From NCBI GenBank assembly GCA_041677125.1, contig JBAYQP010000007.1, forward strand, positions 13,998 to 77,997: a stretch of DNA of 64,000 nt, written 5' to 3'. The notes beneath the pieces are model-generated. The model ran no database searches, was not told where the DNA came from, and saw only the letters and a program-made list of their open reading frames with translations. The stretch comes from Desulfuromonadales bacterium. Lineage in GTDB: Bacteria > Desulfobacterota > Desulfuromonadia > Desulfuromonadales > JACZKF01. Shown here piece by piece: positions 46,423 through 53,899 of the stretch (position 1 is its first letter; every line of letters starts with the position of its first letter). The position numbers were made by a program, and so were the translations under genes.

Positions 46423-48414
46423 ATGGAAATGAGCCGTCCTCTCGGCGTCTACGGTGATTTTTATTGGCTGATGTACCTGCTGAGCGCCGGCGCCCTTGCA
46501 ATTTTCACCTTCGGAGTCCGTGCCCGCGTCCGCCGCTGGCGGGTGGGGGAGGGGCGTCTCGGCGATCGGCTGGACCGGCCATGGCGGCGTCTGCGCGACC
46601 TCGCCGTCGATCTGGCCACCCCGCGCCGGTTCCGCCGGCGCGGCAAGCCCTGGCTGTTTCATTCCCTCATGGTCTGGGGATTCGCGCTGTTTCTGCTGGC
46701 GACTTTTTGTGTGCTGTTGCAGGAGCGTTTCGGCCTGTCGACGTTTGCCGGCGGCTGGTATCTGCTGCTCTCGCTGGCCCTCGATCTTTTCTCGATCCTT
46801 TTTCTGGCGGGAGTGATGTTCGCCGCCTGGCGGCGCTGGGCCGTCCGGCCGGCGGAGCTCGGCGGGGGGGCGGAGGATGGCGCTGTGCTGGCGGTTCTGG
46901 CGCTGTTGCCGACGACCGGCCTGATCCTGGAGGCGGTGCGGATGGCCAAGGATCCGGACCCCTGGGGGGCCTGGTCGCCGGCGGGCGCCTGGCTGGCCGG
47001 CGGTTTTTCCGGCCTCGCTCCGGCGACCCTTGATAGTCTGCACCGGGGACTCTGGTGGGGGCATCTTGCGCTCTCTCTCGGATTTGTCGCCGCCATCCCC
47101 TATGGCCGCTTGTTCCACCTGATTGCCGGACCGCTTTCGTTGTTTTTCGCCGACCGTCACCGGGCGCGGTCCCTGGCGCCCCTGGATTTTACGGACGAGG
47201 CGGCGGAACGCTTCGGCGCCGAGCGCGTCGGCGACCTGCACTGGAAAAGCCTGGTGGAGACCGACGCCTGCCTCGATTGCGGTCGCTGTCAGAGCGATTG
47301 CCCCGCCTGGGAAATCGGCGAGCCGTTATCGCCGCTGCAAATCGGCCAGGGTGTGCGCCGATGTCTGGACCGGGAGACGTCGCTGGGGCGGCGGGCTGCC
47401 GCCTCTCTCCACGAACAAATTTCGGAGGAGGCGCTCTGGGCCTGCTCCACCTGCGGCGCCTGCGAGCGCGCCTGCCCGGTGGCGGTCGAGCATGTGCCCC
47501 GGTTGGTGGCGCTGCGGCGTTATCGGGTGCTGAGCGAATCGCGGTTTCCCGCCGAGCTGCAGACCACTTTCCGCAATCTGGAACGCTCCGGCAATCCCTG
47601 GGGGATGCCGGCGCGGGAGCGCGGCGAAAGGGCGACGGCGGCCGGGTGGCCCCTGGCCGCCGAGACGCCGCCGGCGGAAGTTCTGCTCTGGACCGGGTGT
47701 GCCGGCGTGTTCGATCCCCGCTACCGCCAGGTGACCGCCGCCCTGGCCAAACTCCTCGATTTGGCCGGAATTTCCTATGTCGTGCCGGGAGACGAGGCGG
47801 TCTGCTGCGGCGACGGCGCCCGGCGTCTGGGAAACGAGTACCTGTTCCAGGACCTGGTGGCGAAGAATATGACCTTTTTCGAGAAAATCGGCGTGCGCCA
47901 GGTGGTGACCGCCTGCCCGCATTGCTTCAACTGTTTGCAACACGAATATCCGCAGTTCGGCGGCGATCTCACGGTCACCCACCACAGCGAATTTCTCGCC
48001 GATCTGCTGGCGGCCGGTCGGTTGCCGGCGGCAGACGGTGCGGAAAAATCGACTATCGGCTTTCACGACCCCTGCTATCTCGCCCGCTACAACGGGATAT
48101 CGGCGGCCCCCCGCCGGGTATTGGCCGCCCTCGGGAGCGATCTTTACGAACCGGCGCGGACCGGACCCGACGCCTTCTGCTGCGGCGGCGGCGGGGGCCG
48201 GATGTGGCTGGAAGAAAAGGAGGGCCGGTCGATGGGAAAGCAACGGGTGCGGCAGTTTCTCGATGGCGGCGCCCGGCGGATCGCCACCGCTTGCCCCTTT
48301 TGTCTGACGATGTTGTCCGAGGGCGTACGTCGGAACGCGGAAGCGGAAGACGTCCGGGTCCTCGACCTGGCCGAACTGATGGTGGAAAACATGACCCGAC
48401 CTGATCGGCGTTGA
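46423..48414 (+). CDS. Membrane-anchored (Fe-S) oxidoreductase, HdrD/GlpC-like (putative ETF:quinone oxidoreductase)
   Basis: The N-terminal ~270 aa is polytopic. Two ferredoxin motifs follow (CLDCGRCQSDCP, CSTCGACERACP). There are also two CCG-type Cys-rich domains (CCGDG...CPHC; CCGGGG...CPFC). Confidence 0.85.
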   Translation: MEMSRPLGVYGDFYWLMYLLSAGALAIFTFGVRARVRRWRVGEGRLGDRLDRPWRRLRDLAVDLATPRRFRRRGKPWLFHSLMVWGFALFLLATFCVLLQERFGLSTFAGGWYLLLSLALDLFSILFLAGVMFAAWRRWAVRPAELGGGAEDGAVLAVLALLPTTGLILEAVRMAKDPDPWGAWSPAGAWLAGGFSGLAPATLDSLHRGLWWGHLALSLGFVAAIPYGRLFHLIAGPLSLFFADRHRARSLAPLDFTDEAAERFGAERVGDLHWKSLVETDACLDCGRCQSDCPAWEIGEPLSPLQIGQGVRRCLDRETSLGRRAAASLHEQISEEALWACSTCGACERACPVAVEHVPRLVALRRYRVLSESRFPAELQTTFRNLERSGNPWGMPARERGERATAAGWPLAAETPPAEVLLWTGCAGVFDPRYRQVTAALAKLLDLAGISYVVPGDEAVCCGDGARRLGNEYLFQDLVAKNMTFFEKIGVRQVVTACPHCFNCLQHEYPQFGGDLTVTHHSEFLADLLAAGRLPAADGAEKSTIGFHDPCYLARYNGISAAPRRVLAALGSDLYEPARTGPDAFCCGGGGGRMWLEEKEGRSMGKQRVRQFLDGGARRIATACPFCLTMLSEGVRRNAEAEDVRVLDLAELMVENMTRPDRR

Positions 48415-48516
48415 TCTTCCGCCAGGTTTTACCCCCCTTTCCTAAGGGGGAACTTTGCCTCTGCGGAAAATTGACACGCATCAGCTTACCCGAAGTAAAG
48501 CGGAAGGAGATCCGAC

Positions 48517-48768
48517 ATGAGCGGCAACGAACGGCAGGCGATTCGAGAGTTCATCACCACCCGCATCGCGAAAAAAAGCGAACACCGGCAGATTGGGGAT
48601 CAGGACGACGTCATCGCTTTGGGGGTCATCGATTCCCTCGGCATCATGCACCTGATTGCCTACTTGGAAAAGACCTTCGGCATGCGCATCCGGGACGACG
48701 AGATTTTGCCGGAAAACTTCGCTTCGGTGGAAGCCATTGCTTCTTTTGTTCATCGCACTCGGGCCTGA
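48517..48768 (+). CDS. Stand-alone acyl/peptidyl carrier protein (DltC/PCP-like)
   Basis: 83 aa with the phosphopantetheine attachment motif GVIDSLGIMHLIAYLE. A GGAAGGAG SD lies upstream. Confidence 0.75.
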   Translation: MSGNERQAIREFITTRIAKKSEHRQIGDQDDVIALGVIDSLGIMHLIAYLEKTFGMRIRDDEILPENFASVEAIASFVHRTRA

Positions 48769-48787
48769 CGGCGGGAGAATACAGGCA

Positions 48788-49801
48788 ATGGAAAACTACG
48801 ATTCGTCCGTAAGCACTCGCGACATTCCGATGATTCCCGGCCGCAAGGTGGCCCTGCCGAAGGTCTACGGCGACACTCCGACTTTCCTCGGCGTGCCGAA
48901 GCTCGATCCGGGCGTCCTCGGCCATCCGCCCGATGTGGCCATCATCGGCGTTCCCTGGGAGGGGACGGTCACCTGGGGCTCCTTTACCGGCTGCGAACTG
49001 GCGCCGCGAACCATCCGCCACTGTGCCGCCCGCTACGGGGGTTTTCTGCCGGAGTACGAGATCGATCTTTTCGACCACCTGAGCCTCGCCGATGCCGGGG
49101 ACGTGGCCGTCGATCCGAACAGCCCGCGGGCCACCATGGACCGGATCTTTGCCGCGATGCACGGAATTTACCGCAGCGGCAGCATTCCCATCGTTCTCGG
49201 CGGCGATCATTCCTTTACCCCGGAGGTGATTCGCGCCCTCAACGCCAACCGCCCCGGCAAGGTCGGGGTCATTCATTTCGATTCGCATTTCGACAACGCC
49301 AAGGGGTTCGGCGCCGATCTCATGCCGCGCTGCTCCCCCCTGCATCGCATCGCCCAATTGCCCGGGGTGAGAACGCGCAGCATCGTCCATGTGGGGATTC
49401 GCGGCCCCCGCAACTCCCCGTCGCAGATGGCCTACGCCCGGGAAATGGGGGCGAGCATCTTCACCATCCGCGACATCCGCAAAATGGGGATCGACGCGGT
49501 GATCGAGGAAGCGATCGCCATCGCCCGGCAGGGGACGGAGCATCTTTACGTCACCATCTGCAGCGACTGTATCGACGCCGCCTCCAATCCGGGCGGGCCG
49601 GCCGACTTCAACGGTTTGTTCGCCCATGAGCTGTTCGCTGCTTTGTACCGGCTGGGCGAATCGGGCATCGCCGGCCTCGACTTCGTCGAAGTCTACCCCG
49701 GCCAGGATCCCCATTCCTTCTCCTCGCATCTGGCGTCCTGGGCGATTATTCACGCCCTGGCCGGGATGGCGGCGGGCAAGAAGCGGCAGGGTCTGAGCTG
49801 A
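48788..49801 (+). CDS. Arginase/agmatinase/formiminoglutamase-family ureohydrolase
   Basis: Start at MENYDSS (ATG 48788). All binuclear-Mn motifs are present: LGGDHSFT, HFDSHFD and CSDCIDAASNPG. Confidence 0.8.
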   Translation: MENYDSSVSTRDIPMIPGRKVALPKVYGDTPTFLGVPKLDPGVLGHPPDVAIIGVPWEGTVTWGSFTGCELAPRTIRHCAARYGGFLPEYEIDLFDHLSLADAGDVAVDPNSPRATMDRIFAAMHGIYRSGSIPIVLGGDHSFTPEVIRALNANRPGKVGVIHFDSHFDNAKGFGADLMPRCSPLHRIAQLPGVRTRSIVHVGIRGPRNSPSQMAYAREMGASIFTIRDIRKMGIDAVIEEAIAIARQGTEHLYVTICSDCIDAASNPGGPADFNGLFAHELFAALYRLGESGIAGLDFVEVYPGQDPHSFSSHLASWAIIHALAGMAAGKKRQGLS

Positions 49802-49837
49802 TTTTCCAGAACTGATTTCTCAAGTGGAGGTGCGTCC

Positions 49838-50983
49838 ATGGATTTTTCTTTGTCGCCGGAGCAGAGCGAATTGCGGGAGGCGGTGGTTCGCTTCGCCCAG
49901 AAGGAGCTGACGGATGATGTCGCCGGCCGGGAAAAAAGAGGGGAGTTTTATCGCGACGGCTGGCGCAAATGCGCCGATTTCGGCTTGCTCGGGCTGCCGG
50001 TTCCGGAGGCGTACGGCGGCCTGGGGCTCGACGCCCTCTCCTGCGTGCTGGCCCTGGAGGGGCTCGGCTACGGCTGCCGGGACCACGGTCTGGTGTTCGC
50101 CCTCAACTCCCACCTGTGGACCTGCGTGAAGCCGATACTCGGCTTCGGCAGCGCCGCGCAGAAGGAGAAGTATCTGCCGTCCCTGGTGCGCGGAGAGGCG
50201 ATCGGCGGCCACGCCATGACCGAACCGGACGCCGGATCGGACGCCTTCAGCATGCGCTGCCGGGCGCAGAAGGAAGGCAATCGGTACATTCTCAACGGCA
50301 GCAAAATCTTCATCACCAACGCGCCCATCGCCGACCTGCTGCTGGTGTTCGCGGTGACCGCTCCGGAGCGCGGTTTCGGCAGCATATCCGCCTTCATCGT
50401 CGAAAAAGATTTCCCCGGCTTTTCCGTCGGCCGGCCGCTGGAGCTGATGGGATTGAAAACCTGTCCCATCGCCGAAGTCGTCCTCCAGGACTGCGTGGTT
50501 CCGGAAGAGAACCGCCTCGGCGGCGAGGGGGCGGGGATGGCCATCTTCAACTCGGAAATGGAGTGGGAGCGCGGCTGCCTGTTCGCCGCCCATCTCGGCG
50601 CCATGGAGCGGGAGTTGGAAGCCTGTGCCCGCTACGCCGGCGAACGCCAGCAGTTCGGCAAGCCGATCGGCGGCAACCAGGCGGTGTCGCACAAGATTGC
50701 CGACATGGCGATGCGGGTCGAGCTCTCGCGGCTGATTCTCTACAAGGTCGCCTGGATGAAAGGGCAGGGGGCGCGGGCGCCGAAGGAATCGGCCATCGCC
50801 AAGCTGTTCATCAGCGAAAGCTATGTGCGCAACAGCCTCGACGCCCTGCAGATGCACGGCGCCTACGGCTATTCGGTCGAATACGACCTGGAGCGGCATG
50901 TGCGCGACTCCCTCGGCGGCCGCATCTATTCCGGAACCTCGGAAATCCAGCGCAACATCATTGCCAGTTTTTACGATCTGTAA
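49838..50983 (+). CDS. Acyl-CoA dehydrogenase-fold flavoenzyme
   Basis: 381 aa with GHAMTEPDAGSD, GSKIFITNA and a C-terminal ...IYSGTSEIQRNII. A GGAGG SD lies upstream. Confidence 0.9.
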   Translation: MDFSLSPEQSELREAVVRFAQKELTDDVAGREKRGEFYRDGWRKCADFGLLGLPVPEAYGGLGLDALSCVLALEGLGYGCRDHGLVFALNSHLWTCVKPILGFGSAAQKEKYLPSLVRGEAIGGHAMTEPDAGSDAFSMRCRAQKEGNRYILNGSKIFITNAPIADLLLVFAVTAPERGFGSISAFIVEKDFPGFSVGRPLELMGLKTCPIAEVVLQDCVVPEENRLGGEGAGMAIFNSEMEWERGCLFAAHLGAMERELEACARYAGERQQFGKPIGGNQAVSHKIADMAMRVELSRLILYKVAWMKGQGARAPKESAIAKLFISESYVRNSLDALQMHGAYGYSVEYDLERHVRDSLGGRIYSGTSEIQRNIIASFYDL

Positions 50984-51000
50984 GCCGAAGGGAGTTTCCG

Positions 51001-52593
51001 ATGTCGCCCTACCTCCTGTCCCATCTGCTCGATCTGAGCGCCGAAAAATATCCGCGGCGTCCAGCCGTGATCCAGGGGGAGCGGACCCTGGATTATGCCG
51101 ATCTGGCCGGCCTGGCCGGCCGCCTGGCCGCAGCCCTGGTCGATCTCGGCGTGCGGCCGGGGGACCGGGTCGGTCTGCTGACGGGCAAATCCCTGGAGGG
51201 GGTGGCCGCTATTTACGGCGTCCTTCGGGCCGGCGGGATTTACGTCCCCCTCGATCCGCAGGCGCCGCCGCAGCGGCAGGGGAAGATCCTGGATCGCTGC
51301 GCGGTGGCGGTGATGATCGCCGATGCCCGGCTGGCCGCGCCGATTCTCGCGGATCGGGAAGCGCGGGCCGGGGTGCGGGCGGTTATCCTGATCGGCGAAG
51401 GGGCGGATGTTCAGAGCGGGGTGCGCCTTCTGCCCCTGGCGGCGCTCGAGCACTATCCGCCAGCGGCTCCGGCCCGGATCTCCGATGCCCGGCCGGCCTA
51501 TATCCTTCACACCTCCGGTTCGACGGGCGTGCCCAAAGGGGTGACCATCTCCCATCGGAACGCCCTCGCTTTCGTCGGGATGGCGGCCGACTTTTTCGCC
51601 ATCGGCCGGGAGGACCGCCTGGCCAGCCATGCGCCCTTTCATTTCGACCTGTCGATCTTCGATCTTTTCGTGGCGGCGCAGGCCGGGGCGGCCGTCGTTC
51701 TGGTGCCGGAAAATCTCGGCATTTTTCCGGCGCGCCTGGCCCAGTTCATCGACAAGTCGGGCATTACGGTGTGGAATTCCGTCGCCTCGGTCGTCTCCTT
51801 ACTGGCCGAACGGGGCAATCTCGACGCCTGCCACCTCGACGCCCTGCGGCTGGTCCTCTTCTCGGGGGACATTCTTCCGGTCCGCCAACTGCGCCGGGTG
51901 CGGGAGGCGATGCCGGGGGCCGAACTGTACAATCTCTACGGACAGACGGAAGCCAACTCCTCCACCTTCTTCCGGGTGGGGGAGATCCCGGCCGATCCGT
52001 GCTGGAAAATCCCCATCGGCAAACCGTTTCCCAATTTCGAGGTTTTCGCCCTCGATGAAACCGGCCAACCGATCCGCCGGCCCGGTGAAATCGGGGAACT
52101 GCATGTCTATGGTGCGACGGTGGCTCTCGGCTATTGGCGGGACGACGAAAAAACGGCCGCCGCCTTCGTCGAGCACCCGCTGCATCCCTGGCCGGGGAAG
52201 GTCTACCGCACCGGCGATCTGGTCGCTCTGGACGATGCGGGAAACCTGCTTTTCCTCGGCCGCCGCGATCGCCAGGTGAAGAGCCGCGGATACCGGATTC
52301 AGATCGACGAAATCGAGCATGCGCTCAACAACCATCCGGCGGTGGAGAAGGGGGCTGCGGTGGATATCCCCGACGACCTGCTGGGCTGCCGCATCATTGC
52401 CTTCGTGCGCCTGGCGGCCGGCGGCGACGATACGGATCTGCTCGATTTCTGCAGCCGGTCGTTGCCGCCCTACATGCTTCCCGAACGCATCATCACGCTG
52501 AATGAATTTCCGTGCACCGCCACCGGCAAGATCGATCGCAACGCCCTGCGCGCGATGCGGGGACGGACCGAACCGGCAGAGGCCGTCGGCTGA
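51001..52593 (+). CDS. Stand-alone adenylation enzyme (NRPS A-domain / DltA-like AMP-ligase)
   Basis: Real start at MSPYLLSHL (ATG 51001); the 49969 ORF extension overlaps the ACAD gene. The A-domain cores are HTSGSTGVPKG, FHFDLSIFD, NLYGQTE, YRTGDL, GRRDRQVKSRGYRIQIDEIE, LPPYMLP and TGKIDR. Confidence 0.85.
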   Translation: MSPYLLSHLLDLSAEKYPRRPAVIQGERTLDYADLAGLAGRLAAALVDLGVRPGDRVGLLTGKSLEGVAAIYGVLRAGGIYVPLDPQAPPQRQGKILDRCAVAVMIADARLAAPILADREARAGVRAVILIGEGADVQSGVRLLPLAALEHYPPAAPARISDARPAYILHTSGSTGVPKGVTISHRNALAFVGMAADFFAIGREDRLASHAPFHFDLSIFDLFVAAQAGAAVVLVPENLGIFPARLAQFIDKSGITVWNSVASVVSLLAERGNLDACHLDALRLVLFSGDILPVRQLRRVREAMPGAELYNLYGQTEANSSTFFRVGEIPADPCWKIPIGKPFPNFEVFALDETGQPIRRPGEIGELHVYGATVALGYWRDDEKTAAAFVEHPLHPWPGKVYRTGDLVALDDAGNLLFLGRRDRQVKSRGYRIQIDEIEHALNNHPAVEKGAAVDIPDDLLGCRIIAFVRLAAGGDDTDLLDFCSRSLPPYMLPERIITLNEFPCTATGKIDRNALRAMRGRTEPAEAVG

Positions 52594-52611
52594 CCGAAAA
52601 GGAGAACGACA

Positions 52612-53247
52612 ATGCTGTCGCTGTTGCGCATCAAATACCTGCAATTTCTCGAACATGCGCGGGAGAAGGGATTTTCTTCCGCAGTGGCGTTCACCTTGTA
52701 CAAATACGAAGAAGCGGTGCCGGTGGAGAAGGACCTCGCGACGCTGAAGCCGTTGCCGGAATCGACCGAAACAGATCTGCGGCTCCTCGATCTGGGACCG
52801 GAGAATTTTGCCGGATATTGTCTCGACTATCCCCTGGCCAGCCGCCGGCAACGGGTCGAGCGCTATTTCCGGTGCGGCTACCGGTCTCTCGCCATGGTGC
52901 GCGGCAACCGGGTGCTCGCCGATCTCTGGTACGTGACCCGCGACAGCGCCCGCACCCCCGGTATTCACCCGCATGTCCAATGGTTCGGCATCGACCTCGG
53001 GCCGCACATGGCCTACATGTTCGACATGCATTTTCTGCCCGGACAGCGGGGCGGCGGCGCCGCCACCTTTTTCATGGGCAGCGCCCTGCACCATCTGCGG
53101 GACCGGGGGTTCATCCGGGCCTACGGCTATTTCGCCGCCCACAACACCCCAGCTCTCTGGGTTCACCGGCTGCTGGGCTGGCGGGAACTCCCTCGCTTCG
53201 ATGTCCGGAGATTTCTCCTCTATGAAACCGCCAAGCCCAAAATCTGA
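52612..53247 (+). CDS. GNAT-fold acyltransferase (putative)
   Basis: 211 aa; AAGGAG SD. It has a motif-A-like GQRGGGAATFFMGSAL followed by ...AHNTPALWVHRLLGW. Family assignment is tentative. Confidence 0.5.
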   Translation: MLSLLRIKYLQFLEHAREKGFSSAVAFTLYKYEEAVPVEKDLATLKPLPESTETDLRLLDLGPENFAGYCLDYPLASRRQRVERYFRCGYRSLAMVRGNRVLADLWYVTRDSARTPGIHPHVQWFGIDLGPHMAYMFDMHFLPGQRGGGAATFFMGSALHHLRDRGFIRAYGYFAAHNTPALWVHRLLGWRELPRFDVRRFLLYETAKPKI

Positions 53248-53899
53248 TCCCTTGCCGCCCCGGCCGCAGCCCGGCAAGCGGGCGATGGATGTGTTTTTCT
53301 GTCTCGCCGCCGCGCCGGTCTGGCTGCCGGTTACCGCCCTGGTCGGCCTGCTGGTCAGGTTTTCTTTGGGCTCGCCGGTGCTGTTTCGCCAGGAGCGTCC
53401 GGGAACGCTGGAAAAACCCTTTCTCCTGATCAAGTTCCGCACCATGACCGATGCCCGCAACGCGGCGGGAAGCCTGCTGCCGGATGGCCAGCGCCTGACA
53501 CCACTGGGGCGCTTTTTGCGCCGCAGCAGCCTCGATGAACTGCCGGAGCTGTTCAATGTGCTGCGCGGCGAGCTCAGTCTGGTCGGGCCGCGTCCCCTGC
53601 TGGTGAAATACCTCCCCTACTTTTCGGCGAAAGAGAAGCTGCGGCATACGGTTCGACCGGGATTGACCGGCTGGGCGCAAATAAACGGCCGCAATTATCT
53701 TCCCTGGGACCAGCGGCTGGCCATGGATGTCTGGTATGTCGAAAACTGGTCGCTCTGGCTGGATATGCGCATTTTGTTCGCCACCATCGGCAAAGTCCTG
53801 CGGCGCGAAGGGGCGGCGGCCGACAGCGATCAGGCCGAAACCGATCTCGATTGGGAGCGGCGACGGGAATTGGCCGGGTCCGGAGACAAGGGCCCATGA
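53222..53899 (+). CDS. Small monotopic phosphoglycosyl (sugar) transferase, PglC/WbaP-C-like
   Basis: Contains KRAMDVFF, GSPVLFRQERPG, FKFRTM, DELPELFNVLRGELSLVGPRP and PGLTGWAQINGR. It overlaps the GNAT gene by 26 nt. Confidence 0.85.
   Translation: MKPPSPKSDPLPPRPQPGKRAMDVFFCLAAAPVWLPVTALVGLLVRFSLGSPVLFRQERPGTLEKPFLLIKFRTMTDARNAAGSLLPDGQRLTPLGRFLRRSSLDELPELFNVLRGELSLVGPRPLLVKYLPYFSAKEKLRHTVRPGLTGWAQINGRNYLPWDQRLAMDVWYVENWSLWLDMRILFATIGKVLRREGAAADSDQAETDLDWERRRELAGSGDKGP

Noticed and set aside
46464-48404. Alternate-frame ORFs (189 aa, 449 aa and others) within the Fe-S oxidoreductase gene
   Set aside because: They give Arg/Pro/Gly-rich translations without motifs. The 46423 frame carries coherent TM segments, ferredoxin motifs and CCG motifs.
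49969-51000. 344-codon N-terminal extension of the adenylation-enzyme ORF (track ORF 49969..52593)
   Set aside because: The extension overlaps the ACAD gene out of frame and translates to Arg/Gly/Pro-rich nonsense. A-domain similarity starts at MSPYLLSHL (ATG 51001), which lies 17 nt after the ACAD stop.
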